Below, in pieces: positions 32,648 through 46,154 of a stretch of DNA of 64,000 bases. This stretch comes from Botryllus schlosseri (taxonomy: Eukaryota), in contig CM119372.1 of NCBI GenBank assembly GCA_051294905.1, positions 11,346,001 through 11,410,000 of the forward strand, in the 5' to 3' direction. A model generated the notes under the pieces. It saw only the letters and a list, made by a program, of their open reading frames with translations, was not told the DNA's origin and ran no database searches. Numbering within the stretch: the first letter of the stretch is position 1; every line of letters begins with the position of its first letter. The position numbers and the translations under genes were made by a program.

Positions 32648-35600
32648 ATGGTAAAAGTATGTAAGAGGATTGAGCCTATACACACATATTTTCATTATAT
32701 ATTCAGGACATCTCCGGATTTTCTACAGCTACAGTGACCGCAAACGGGCTACAGTTCATTCGAACGGCAATAGCCACGATATACGTGGTAATTTTCATCG
32801 CTGGTAAGTTCATCACGTTTGCAGTTCCGTCAAATTTACGTCTACATGCTTATGCTCGTGTTTAGGTTTTCTGGGTAATGGGATGATTCTATTCATGTTT
32901 TTACGGATGAAATTAAAATCCCGGAAATTTTCTGTAACCGACCTATATATTCTGAATCTGGCTGGGAGCGATTTTCTTTTCATCTTGAATACGCCGTTTG
33001 CAGCAATCGATATGGCGATGGGGTGAGCCGAGACAACAATCGTTATTGTTGAATATTCATGGTGTGAGATGTTTCATGGGATATGGGTTTGGCGCTACAA
33101 CAACTTTTGTAGCGTGTCGCAAATCTAAATTGTGTTGCGTTCTGACCTTCCGATTTACCATGAATATTAGCATCGCACCTGTGTAACCTGTGAACTTTTC
33201 AAACCTCATATTGATATCCCACTACTATATGAAATCCTGACAGTCGACGAGCATGTCCACATTCAAGTCGAAATACAAGCAATTACTACTAAATAAATAC
33301 AGTCCATCCTCAAGATTACCGGACCACGACTGACCTATCGATCTCGCTTCCCATGGCATGCCGCCCTATATATTGTCGCTTTCTTTTTCTATACTATCTT
33401 CTTAACTTTCATTCAGTGTGCATGCCTCCTCTTTACATCGCCTAGGCCAAGGTGGGTGTCAGATTCCATAGACTGCTCCTTGTCGCTTCGACACCTTCCT
33501 GTCTTTTCATTGTATCGCATTTTTTGTGGTGTATTGAACTGATAAAATTGCTAATAAACCAATGATGATGATATACATATGAACGGTGCTTGGATTTCAA
33601 ATTCCGCGCATTTATACAAAATGATTTTATGCGATCATAAGACCTTACGTGAAATCGCGAAAGCGCCAATTGTTGTTCCGTGCATAATGTGTATATGAGT
33701 CTGTTATTTATGTCGGTTTTCAATTTGATCCGCCCATCACTCGTTTTACAGTTGTGAGAGTGACTGTCTGCCGCTATAGTATACGATGGACATAAACGTG
33801 CTGGTTTGTGAATTAAATTGATATTATCAACAATTTAGTTTGCTTCCATAAACTGAAGCCTTGTACACGTATTCTAAAACGATATAACGATTGCGATGAT
33901 ACTACCTAGTGAGAGAATATCTTTGCAAATGTGATGTCAAAAAGATCAATATCGAAAAAAGAACTGTGACATCGGGCACTATAGTCCGAGATGGATGTTT
34001 GAGTAAAGGATCGCTACTGATGCGTGTCGTTCGACATCCTCCTATCTGTTCGTTACATTGCATTGTGTCTTATCGCATTGTACATTGTATGTGTAGCTTG
34101 TTCAGATGAAAATTATAACCCAATGTATTGTATTGTCATTTTATCATTTGCTTGTTGCGCAACGATATATATCCATTGCCCAACTAGCTGACGATTTCTC
34201 TCCCCCCTCAACGATTTACATTCAAGCTACAACCGATGCTTAAAACATCTGATCGCTGAAAGCAGATTCACATTTTTAGTAAATAACGATTGATTTATGT
34301 ATTTATATTTATTCGTCTATATTCAGGACTAGCAAACGACGTTCCTGTTCGTATAGCCATTCGCTAAAAGTAATCCTCGGATTGATTTGTTGTGTTTTCA
34401 TCACAGGACCCATCATATATCTCAATAGAGGGAAATAAATACATTAGATTTCTTAAACGTTTAATGTGTCAAGTTCTGATTAAGTTATGTTTTCATCAGT
34501 CCAAACAATCAGATGATATGACGATTTAATAATAACGACTTGGAGTAGTCTTTGAAATCGGACACCCACCTTGGCCTACAACCAAAACAAATATAGGCCC
34601 GGTGAAAATGATCATGTCGTAATCGAAACACCATGAATACCAAAAACAGCACATAGAACAGCAGTTTTCAAAATGGTGGCCCTGAGATAACCTGAAAGGG
34701 GTACGAAGCCGCATCATAGAAATTATGTTTCTTGGACTCGGAAAGAGGTTGATTTCTGCAGAAAGTTTTAACAACGGCAATAATCGTAATTTTATTAGGA
34801 TTTTAAATGTCATAATTGCGTCGTACCATCCATATACACTGATGCTAGATTTTGACTGGTACCAGACCTTGCACCGATCAGAAGAGTAACTGCTGAATGC
34901 GTGTAGCTGTTAGTTTAGGCTTTTATGGTCTATCTGTCAAGCACCTATATACAGAGTACGTAGGAAGAAATAAGAAATATCTTAATAAGGTCATGTCATA
35001 TGTCATGTATAATATGCCATTTGAATCGAAGAAACGAGGATTTAAATCCAAGTGACTTACAGCGTCGAAGTAGCCATTACGAGTATACTCAATTAGGACA
35101 CATTTTGTAGAAAGTCACTCTTAAAGAAAGCACATTTTATGGCAGCCCAAAAGTACTCCAGTAAATTATCCTCTTCCCGAACATCTGCAACCCACAGAAA
35201 AGAATTGTTTGTCCCATAAAGAACTGCCAAGTTTGAATGTCGTGCGGCCCGCGCCATTGGTTTTTGATGTAGCCTGTGGTCAGATGTGTTTGAGCTAAGC
35301 TCAAGAGGGGCGATAAAGGGATTAGACACCTGAATCGCTACGTGCTACCATTGCACATATTATTTTATACAAAATATTCAACTAAAGATATCAGAGGTGA
35401 GATAACACGGTCGACGTCGATATGTCAGATCGTGGTCTGCGGTAAAATCTCGACACTCGAGCCTGGCATTTTCCACGAAATTACATGTTAACGAATTGAT
35501 TGAGTGTCGAAACTTAAGAGCAATATTTTCAGGTCCCCACGAAAAGTACTTGCATGAACACTCCCGATGAAGTTATAGGTATATAGCTGTAATTATGGCT

Positions 35601-38600
35601 GCATTTAAAACAAAAATCAATTTGAAACAAACATGTTTAAGATAAGGCCCTCCTTGTGTAAAACATGCTTTGTGTTTGTATTGTCTTTTTTTATACTTGA
35701 AGTCAGGAATCTTTATTTGTTAAATCACAGTGGAATGACATTGACAATTGAAAATATAGGGTTAATATGGCTTCTTTGTCAAAAAGGCAATTTTTTTCGA
35801 AAGTTGTGTAATTATGTAATGAACATGTAGTAGCCTATATGATCTTTAGGACGACTTGCACTATATATAGTCAATGTAAACGATATGGAACGGTGGTAAA
35901 CGTCGTCGTTTCAACAGTTATCGCACGTAATAGGTATATATCACTGAAGTGACATGGATGATCTGATGATGTTGACCACCCGACCGTAAGAGGCTACATG
36001 CCAATGTATAGTCCTGGTATTTGAGGCGTTTAACTATAGGGGTTGGAAACCTTTTTTGTTAAGGGAGCCATATTGACCCATAATGTAATTCTTAAGCAGT
36101 CATATAACAATGGCACTCCACAGTCTAAGACGCCGGAATAAACTCATATGTCCCATCGGGCCTGCATTTTACGAAGGCCCAGCGCCGTGCAAATTGGTGC
36201 GGCACGCGCTTTGGTGACTATAGTAATACAATCATAGAAATGCGATAGATCAGCAAGATGTGAGAAGTGTCATGAACTCGTGGTGGTACTCCATTCGATA
36301 TTCGTGATCAATTGCAGTTCATTTTTGCAATACCCTCCGTCCCCCACCTCTATAGGCCATGAATGTTAATTAACTTACGCACCTGGTATTACGACGTAAT
36401 TGACGGTTGCCAGTGCTAGTTATAGAGCATTCCGATATTTCAACTTCGTCTTCATATTGATTATACGCGTAATGTTGAATCCAAACAAAATCAAAGTCGA
36501 TGGAACTCACCACATATAGGAATACACGACGCATACTTTGTATACATGAAGTGAACATGAAGGAGTCCATCCCTGGAAATCAATATACTTACGAAAATTC
36601 CTACTAAAGCATTTACTATAATGAATCACCATCATTTGTGTTTTAGGGGAATTTGGATATTTGGAGGGTGCATGTGCAAAATATTCATGACCATGGGATA
36701 CTTATCAATGTGTGTGGGAGTTTTAATTGTAATGGCGATGAGTATCGACAGGTTTCAGGTGATGTATTTAGACTCGTTTAGTGTCGTAACTACATATAGA
36801 TAAAATACATTAAATATACCCACGGAAATGTGTATATCTGTAGCGACTTGTCATGATACTTAAGACGTTATATACTTTTAGAGTGTCGTATTGGCAGTGA
36901 AAATGCGGAAAATAAGGACACAAAAACGCGCCAAGAGATATATTCTTGTCATATGGATTTTCGCGATGATATACGTGATTCCAGCTGCCAAATTTAGTGG
37001 GGCCTGGGAAACGTGCGTATAGCATTTGCATATTGAACTTGATCGCCTTTTCTGTTAAATATTTTTTTTCATTTCTTTAGGCCAATCGGGCCTGATAACA
37101 CCACAAATTGCCGAATGAAATTCGAGAAGTAAGTTTTACTTGGAACAAGAATTGCAAATAATGGAATTTATAGAAATGAATTCAATTGAAAACGCATTTT
37201 ATGTACTTACTTGTGATGTTCGACCATATGGGCATAGTTAAAACGGGATTATTCTTTTCAGCATTTCCACACTCAGCGTGGGTCAGGTTGTGCTTATCCA
37301 TACCCTTTTTCGATTTGTTGTGGCGTTTCTCGTACCATTCGTGGTAATGGTGTTTTGCAATGTTACCATAGTTCATTTTCTCCGAAAGCGAGCACAGAAG
37401 GTGAGTATACGCTATCTCATTTAGGACTTCGATAATCTTTCTAATTTTCGTTTGTAGTTTCACAATGTAAGTCACGAATATACAATTGTGACGTCATAGT
37501 AGATTGACATTGACTATCGAAAATGTAGGGTAAATATTGCTCCTATGACGAAATAGGTTTCCAACCCCTGTCATAAACGGACTAAAAATATCTTTTACCA
37601 GGACTACATCGCCATGCAGCATTTTTACGGCCGGCAGTCTTCATCATCAGAACATTCATTCCGTACCAATGATCTATATCAGTGGTTCCCAAAGTGGTCA
37701 CCAGCGTCTCCCTGTGTGCGTTGGCGAGGGTGAAGGGAGCGCTAGCCACTAAATGGGCGATTGGGGGGCGTTTGCTACAAATTGTGCGGTAGGGGGACGC
37801 TGAGAGCAAATTGGGAGCGGTGGAGGTTTAGAGGGCAACTGCTGCGTAGTGTTGAAACGATTGATGAATAAAACAGCAAAATATGCAGTAAAAACTGTAA
37901 AATCGGTTCTGCCAAGGCAATTCATGGTCGATCCCGGCGTCGGATCTGTTTAAGCGGTTGTACCGGAAAATTCCATTGTTACTTGAAAATACATATCCCG
38001 CTCATCAATGGACTGATTTAGCAGTCGGCAGAGTCACCAGAAAACGTGGTATATTGTGTGGTGACAAGACAAATGCGATGTATTTGAACACCTATATTGC
38101 GGCACAGCGAAGTGCGATGGCTTTACAGAAAACTACCTCCCGCGATTTTACTTTCTGTTTCAAACGGTCGTGAAATTTTGTCTTTGTTGCCTGTTCGGGT
38201 TAATTTGTCCTAATGCGTTTGATGCAATGTTAGTAGAAGTCCGATTCCCCCGACGTGGAGTGGCTAATAAACCAATGATGATGATCCTATACCTCGTCCC
38301 ACAATAGTTCTTGTTGCGAGAAAATATATCGCTTATAATTGACGGACAAAGGCTATTCATCAAGTTTTATGAGTAGAATTTATGCTTTTTTGGTAATGAT
38401 GAAATCTGATCAAGGTGAAAATGGTACTGTCTGGATTCAGTTATAAGCCCGTGATAGATCAGAGAGAATTACTAAGACGTGAACTTTTCCAATTCTCATG
38501 CATGTCTGGGCTTGATAACGGTCCTGCTCGCATGGGCCTATTTAATTTTGACGTAGAAGCATACAACAATCATCTCGAAAAACTGCTCCAGGATATATGG

Positions 38601-40537
38601 TGATTTAATTTCAGGATATACTCCAATCAGAAGTTATAGTTACTGGATATTCAGTTCATTCCGTGAAATTTCCGAGCATGAAATAATTAAAGATCCGTCT
38701 ACATTACAGAACAATTCTGAGCTCACACCAAAGTTCAATATCTCTCACTATTAATCGTTCTGGATACACAATTGAATCATGTAGAAATACTCGTCCTGGA
38801 GACGGGTTAAATTTTTCCTCATTGCCCATCCAGGCATATATTTATTAGGACGCGCTTTCAGTGCCGTGACAATCTTCTGGCTCACAGCAGAAACCTACTT
38901 CACACAGTCGGACGTGCAGATTTCAGATTGTTCTCGTAAAATATCAAACCCAATATAATGACTCTATGGTACAATGGTACTTTATTCGTAGTCCAGGGGG
39001 CGGTAGCTCAAAAAAGTTTGGGAACCACTGATCTATATCTACGTACTATAGCTGTTGAACCGACCATTTCGAGGGTGCCAACCATCCTACATCGTATACG
39101 TCGTCTATATCGGGTGGTAATCGTTCGTAGGCTCATACAACATGTTTTTTGGAGAGATTTACACAATTATGGCATACATACAACTTTTAAAAAACACAAT
39201 TTTTTTAAAGGCCTTTGTTTCAAACACTGTTTAAACAAAGTGTTTTAAACAACCATTTGTTTTAATGCAATCCTACGTATAGCTATCTGCACAGTATTGG
39301 GTCACATAGTTCCATCTGGTAGGATGGAACGTCGTCAACCTGATAAATATCGGCCAAGAAATGAGGACTTAAATCACGACATAGCAGTCTGAGCAAGTCA
39401 CAGTAGATTATTGTTTTAAAGTGGAAAATCTACTAGATATAGACCTTCTTTATACTGGACTCTATTTGCAGGTTGCGCAGTGTCAATCAATAACGTCAAT
39501 TTTGCCGCCGCAAATTGTCACCCATGATAGGACACGTTTTGAGACAATAAAAGAAATCATAGCGGCATTATTCATTGATACAAGAATTCTTTTATCGAAT
39601 TCAAATGAATAATTTACAGAAACTCACTTCGAAAGCAAACAACGCGGAGGGCCGCAAGAGAGTACTGGATCACATGAAAGGAGAGAAAAGGGTAATTTAC
39701 ATGTTTTAAGACCCGACACATGTCATTATCTGCAAAACTGGTTGTCAAGAGAATCTTTTACAGGTCACGAGGCTTATTTTACTTGTCACGACGGTGTTCC
39801 TGGTGTGCTTTTTCCCCAATCTTGTCCTTAACGCGTTGTGGGTGATGGGGGATGGATTTAGGCTGCTTGGTGAGTCTCAGAATGCATAATCAATTCACAC
39901 CCAACTTGGCAGTTGAAACGAGGCAAAATTGCCGTGTTGCCGAGAATCACAGTGACATAAGATATGAAGTTGATTCGACCGATTGCAATGCTTGATGATA
40001 AGTTCTGTAATTTACAATATAACCAAGGAGACATATGTATTGTAAGTTATTCCCCAATAGGACTACGGAGAAGTGATAGAATCATGTTGAAGTCCCTAAA
40101 ATAGGGCGCCAAGATATATTAGAAGTCCTTATTGCCTTGCCTTACATGAGCGACTCTGTCATTATTATCCGATCTTAGAAAAACCGAGAGTCTCACGCAA
40201 CGCCACCTAATCATTGTTAAAAAATCACTATTCAGTATTTACGAGATATCATGAAAACCGTCAATATTTATTGTTGAAATCAAAGACATCAATTCTGATC
40301 GCAACTCAACGCATTTTCTGCAACACTTAGCCGTGCATATTTAGAGATCTCCCTATACTCCCCACTTATTTTCCTATGCGAAAACAGTTTTCAAAGATGC
40401 GATTTCATTTTGCTCGCAGATGTCCAGCGCACCGACTACTACAGTATTTCGATTTGGTTCAGTGTTTGTCTGTTGCATTTGAATTCGGCGCTGAATCCGT
40501 TTTTATACGCTCTTTCTGGAAGCGGTTATCGTAAAAG
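32648..40537 (+). CDS. Class A (rhodopsin-like) GPCR, peptide-receptor-like; final exon not resolved
   Basis: Exons 32648-32650 (ATG only, tentative), 32707-32803, 32866-33022, 36647-36758, 36882-37012, 37081-37128, 37262-37400, 39620-39691, 39764-39868 and about 40428-40537. Motifs GFLGN (TM1), LNLAGSD (TM2), WIFGGCMCK, SIDRF, VIW (TM4), ECL2 Cys, FLVP (TM5), FLVCFFP (TM6), NSALNPFLY (TM7). The TM7 exon acceptor is ambiguous. Confidence 0.88.
33243..33572 (+). repeat. Repeat family D copy (uninterrupted)
   Basis: Reverse complement of 12550-13401 without the B2 insertion; ends aataaaccaatgatgatgat. Confidence 0.75.
34659..35562. mobile_element. Eroded hAT MITE related to 49285-49927, opposite orientation
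   Basis: Shared internal blocks (34800-34850 with 49755-49805; 35255-35305 with 49630-49685). Degenerate ends, no TSD. Confidence 0.5.
37680..39030. mobile_element. 1.35-kb non-autonomous hAT element (TIR CAGTGGTTCCCAAA) in a GPCR intron
   Basis: 14-bp perfect TIR; perfect TSD atctatat. Confidence 0.92.
39039..39275 (-). mobile_element. Truncated copy of MITE family E
   Basis: Reverse-complement similarity to 41250-41450; ends tgcaatccta. Confidence 0.7.
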
Positions 40538-41249
40538 GTAAGTTTTTATGTTTCAAAAAATACCGGAAACCAACGGAACCGTAATCGTATACTGCTGATT
40601 AGCGTGATATAAGCCAGGTAGGTTATCTAGCTGTGCTGTATTGTTGCCCAATTTTAGACTTCAGCTCAGTTGAGTCTTTTAGTGCCAATACAGAACACCA
40701 CAAGATTGCGACACAGTGAAATGATAGGATGGAGTCGCAACAACAAGGAATATAATCAACCCATCAAACACCCGCCGTCGTTCTTTAACAAAATGAGGAA
40801 AATATTAATCACAAGCCACATACACTGAATGAAAAGTAATAAAACAATGTGAAGAATTTCGCCGTATACTGATTTGATTAATATTTAGGATTATTAAAAC
40901 CAGATTCGTATTTAGACGTGAAATTTCTAATTATTTGGACGTGGTACAAAATGATGATCTGTTTTGAATTTGAAACACTAAGTGGGAACGTGATTGGTAG
41001 TCTATTTGAAAAAAATGCTTATCTCTGCTGTGGCCGTCTGAGAACTTGTCCCCTCTCATTCACACAGCTAAAATCTATATAAATTATAGAGTACAAAGTT
41101 ACATGATTTGTTATGCTACAGTCACAGTTCAGATCTGTCACAAGGGCGATGTGCTTATTTGCACAACGGATGACGGGGGCTTGCATATCTTATAGCCTGT
41201 AATTTTCATAAAAACATATTCTGTGACGACTCACCGCCTAATATATAGG

Positions 41250-41631
41250 TAGGGTTGCATTTAGAACAAATGACTGTTTAAAACACAAAAGCCTTTTTAA
41301 AACAAACTATTTTTGTTTTAAGTTGCATAATTATGCCACATATGTCGTATGAGCCTATACGGTCGACTACCACCACCCGATATAACCGACACGATATGGG
41401 ATGGTTGAAACTCTCAAAATAGTCGGTTCAATAGCTATAGTACGTAGATATTTCGTCAGAGGAGCTATATTTATCCTATATTTTCAAGTGTCAATGTCAG
41501 TCCACTATGACGTCACAGTTGAATATTCGTGCCGTCATGGTTTAAAAAACACAATAAATAACATGTTTTAAACAAGGGCCTTGTTTTAAACCTGTTTGTT
41601 TTAAATTGATTTTTGTTTTAAATCAACCCTA
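41250..41631. mobile_element. hAT-type MITE family E (TIR TAGGGTTG, TTTAAAAC subterminal repeats)
   Basis: Ends tagggttg/caacccta; flanks tatatagg/tatatatc (6/8). Confidence 0.7.
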
Positions 41632-42520
41632 TATATATCGGGAGCGTTGCCATCGACATGGATCCAAATAAAAACATGACAACCAAAATATTAGATTAGC
41701 ACCAGAAGAACATTTTTGGAAATGGATACTGCGTACCTATACGGTCCGTGCCCTATTACATTACGTACGTAATTTTTGCCTGAGACAATCTGCTTCGGCA
41801 ACTTCTTCGACTAGCTTGATTTAATTATCATTACACACTTCTTGTTATCGAATTCTAAAACATAGCGCGGCCCCCGCCGAGACAGTCAAACTCCACAGGG
41901 AAGAAAATGTACAACAGGGTACTGTGACGTGTACAGTACACCGCCGTAGAATCATTCATTTATGATAACATAAAATCTCAGGGCAAAGCACAATAATCAC
42001 GGCCTATAATTGAAGAAAATAAGGATTAAAAGATCGACACAAGTGAAAATCGGGACAAATCTGAGAACTTGTCAACCCCAGCATGCAGGCCTACCGGCAT
42101 AGGTAATCTCGCGATCACAAGTACTAAGAATAACCGAATATATTACCGCCACATATAGCCTTGGGAACAACATCGAACATTCCATTCAGACGAAGTACCC
42201 AGCAATCCTGCTCTACATTACTGGTTGAATAGAAATTTACGTTTCCCTGATATATAAACCCCACGTGCACCATGCGCAACATTGCTCTGCTCGGCGCAGA
42301 GGTTTCGTTGGGGAAAGTAGAGTATTAGCGGTGAAATAATTAATTCTGCGCTTACGAGATAATTTTTGTGTCAATTTTTCAAGTAGGATTTTTCTCACAA
42401 AGATCTACCCTATATTTGTAAATTGAGACCCAGAATATCCTTTCCGATTTTAAGCCCGCACAACGCTATCATTTCAATTGAGTGGCGAAGTTTTACTTGA
42501 TAAACGGCAAACCTTCTACC

Positions 42521-43446
42521 CAGGACCGTAACTGCCGCACCCCAAACCCCCCAATTGGGGGGGGGGCGAACTCGAAGGGGGCCCAGAATTATTTCGTGAA
42601 TTAGCATAAATTATAAAGTATTTTTGGAAAATTTATGCAGCTTTTTCAAAAACTTTTCGCGTTTCGCGCGGATATCAAGTTGTCAAATATCTTGATTATT
42701 GAGTACTCTTCACCCAAGAAAAAAATACGCAAGATTTATAGAAATGGGCATATCGGCGTTGGCCATTACCGCGCCACGACGCACCAGGATATTTATTTTA
42801 GGCCATGTAACATGCGACTCCAAGCAATGTGCCAGAATGATCGGCAGCGAGAAAACCTTGGCCGAAAAGAACTGCGCTTATACTGATACGCACAGGTTTA
42901 ATTGTCCATTGGCGCCTAAATGACCGACGCCGAATGTTCCTGTCTTAGCAATCTGAACCTCACAAGAGAAATACCATCCCGCAGAGAAATATTGTATGCC
43001 AGTGAAGAAATACCAATTTGAAATCGTGTGCGTCTTTTAGTTTAGTACATTTATGTTATTATATATTTTTCGATATAGCGGAGGTCACGAAATAACATCA
43101 TGTAACGAAGTCATACCAACGGGTCCGCCTGAAAATGTTTAATTAGCCTATTATTTACGGGCCCGACAGTGTCCAAGACACCTCACTCAGCTCTACCGGT
43201 AAATCTGATAACACCAGCAGAGAGGACAATAAATTGATAGCAATATATATGCAATTCCCGATCTTATTGACCGATTTTATTATGAATTATTGACAATTTT
43301 CGCGCTTGGCGCGTGCTCACTAAATAGTACAACTAATTTCGCGGTAAAAGCGAACAGCGTCATGGGGGGAGGGTCGGTTTATCACCCTATGGGAGCCCAA
43401 GACCCTAGTTTTTTGCGGGGCCTGACGAAGTGCTGTTACGGCCCTG
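42521..43446. mobile_element. hAT-type MITE (TIR CAGGGCCGTAAC)
   Basis: Ends caggaccgtaac/gttacggccctg; perfect TSD cttctacc. Confidence 0.88.
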
Positions 43447-45077
43447 CTTCTACCTATGATGTTATGTTTAGAATCAAGGAAAACCTGTTCTGGTTCGAAC
43501 GGAAAATTCCCCAAGCGAGTCAATCCCCCGAAAACGGAGTAAGGATCTCGCCGCACACAGCTGAAACACGCGTACATGCTATGGTGGGACTATACTAGGA
43601 GTAGCTCTGGCGTTTCCAGGGGCGTAAGGCGCGTATGCCCCCTCTAAACATTTGACTCGTGCATTATTTCATCATTCATTTTCACTGCCAAAAGCTAACC
43701 CACTCAGAGGTAGTCAGTAACTTCTACTTTTTCGGAGTACTCTAGTGGTCATAATTTTAGAATACTTCCCCTTATACTTAACAGTTTTCAGTTATTGAAT
43801 ACTTACTTTTACTCAATTGTAAATTGCTGCTTATATATTTATACTTGAGTACAAATGTACGACGACACTTCTACTAGACTGCTAGAGTACCAACGAACGA
43901 TGACTACTTTGACAACCTCTTCTCACGATGAATATTCTAGACTTCAAGTCATTATTTTACCCCCCCCCCTAAAACTTGGTACTGACTACACCTACGAGGA
44001 GTTTAAGACTACCTTTTATGTTGGATCACAAGCCAAAGTGAATGAACTTATCATTCAGATAAAACACAACGACAATTGCCACACGAAACCACTAAAAACA
44101 TTCGTCGCCGCTGGGTCGGGAGAGAAAACAGATATGCTTCTGCGACAAGAGGATAAGAGCTCAGACACGGACGGTGAGATTCCATGCGACGGAAGCGAGA
44201 ATATCATTGCTGTTGAGGAGCAATCCACATAAGGATCATTACAGCTACTTGGCCTTGGCCATAGCTGCAAGACAATGGGGGTCTAAGTGTTGTTATGTAA
44301 ATCGAAAATTACTTGGAGCGCAACGCCAGGCTAGAATTGGCTTGTTTACGGAATATCATGACAGCAAGTATGACGAAACAACGATGGGCTTTTCGAAGTA
44401 TTCAAATGTGAAAACATATTCAAGTAGGCCTGCTGCTGAACTTTGGTCATCAAATGTACAATAGACTGCTTTATTAGGTAGCTTTGAAATCTGCTGCCAG
44501 AGCGCTATAGATTGTTTTCAGATGTTTATGCGTTTCTACTGTCTTCATAACATGCAACAAAGTATATGGGGTCATTGTGTGACTTTTGCCTTCGTCAGTT
44601 GTCAAGCATCCTATAGTAAAGCGTTGTCGTGTGCTCTTACCGTACGGTGAAGAGATCGCCGCCTGGTAACACTCTATCCTAGGAGACAGACAAGTATCGC
44701 AAGTATACGACGAATAAATTCTGCAGTGCATATATACAACATCGTAACAAAAGTGACATCCAGCCCAAATCTATGCGGTTTTCGACAAGGCCGTTTCAGG
44801 AATGTGATCACCAGGGCGATTTTTTTTTTGACATGTGAAAAAAAGCCAAAATTAGGTCATGATTGTATCGTTAGGTAAAAAATGTCAAAATTTTTTACAA
44901 AGTCAAAACTTTTTTGCGACCTACATTTCGTTTATAGCGTAGATTTTGCGCTATCGGTGAACTTATCATTTGACATTTTACAGCTTGTAGCTTACTTTAT
45001 AGGCCTCTACCATTGTAGACGGCCCATTGTCTGCTCATTATAAATCATAAACATTCAAATGAAACAAATAGGTTGAC

Positions 45078-46030
45078 ATAATAATAATAATAATATAATA
45101 ATTTATAGAGCGCCGAATATAACAATATATCATTACTACACTAGGGCGCTGTACATAAAAGGCAATAAAATATAAAAGTAAATGATATGTATAAAAGACG
45201 AAGTGCATAGTTGTAGGGCGGAATGAACACTACTCTAGTTCGAACGCTCGTGCGAATAAAACGGTCTTGATTTTGCGTTTGAAAACATATAGCGAGTCAC
45301 ATAGTCTGATAGAAATTGGAAGATTGTTCCACAGAATGGCGGCCGAGGAAGAAAAGGTTCTCTCGCCGTAGGTCGCTGTTCTGACTCTTGGAACGGACAA
45401 GAGCTTTTGCGACTGAGAACGTAGCGCTCTTCCGGGATTATACATTGTCACTAGCTCACGAAGATACGCTGGCGCACTTCCCTCCATGCATTTGAAGACG
45501 TACAGAAGAAGCTTGTATTCAGACCTATATTTCACGGGTAACCAATGAAGGGATCTAAGAATCGGTGTTACGTGATCACGCTTCCTTGACCTAGTTACCA
45601 AACGAGCAGCGATGTTTTGGATCTTTTGTAGCTTGTCGATGCAATTTTGGTTTACCCCGTGAAGCAGAGCATTTCCATAGTCAAGCCGTGATATCACCAG
45701 CGACAGTATTATGGCTTTGCATGCATCCTCAGATAGGTAGTTCCTGATTCGACTGATCTTGTGGATATACATGAAACAGATCTTTGATGTATAGTCGATA
45801 TGTTTTTCCATTGAGAGCATGCCGTCAAAGTGAATACCTAGGTTACGTACACAGGTCTTGGCTTGGATGGTGTCTGGTCCGAATCTGATGGTGAATTGAT
45901 TGTGGTCGATGGGGCGTCTGGTTGGCGTAAAAATGATGAGTTCAGTTTTCTCTTTATTTAACTTGAGACGATTTTGTGTCATCCAGAGCTCAATATCAAT
46001 AAGACATCGCTGCAACTTGGATGACACGCT
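45078..46030 (-). mobile_element. 5'-truncated L2/CR1-group LINE; C-terminal 265 codons of ORF2 still open
   Basis: ORF 45230-46027 with LWMTQNRLKLN.EKTE, VRNLG, SRLDYGN, LQKIQN.AAR, LHWLPV, LWNNLP. 3' end TGTACAGCGCC...GGCGCTCTATAAAT followed by (TTA)n. Confidence 0.93.
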
Positions 46031-46154
46031 CTCCCAATCATGGTGTTAAGTAAGCTCAACGTACCGCAATAAATATTCCAACTGAAGCAAGACTGCGTGG
46101 GCATTGCATGGTTCTTATATCAAAGAAGCGCATGGTGAAAAATTGTGATGTAGT

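Noticed and set aside
37604-37679. Extra GPCR ICL3 exon disrupted by the 37680 insertion
   Set aside because: Exons 37400 and 39620 join in phase and give a normal ICL3; no donor is evident.
43855-44232. 125-aa ORF
   Set aside because: Begins within a family A MITE remnant, has no recognisable domain and no convincing acceptor; left unassigned.
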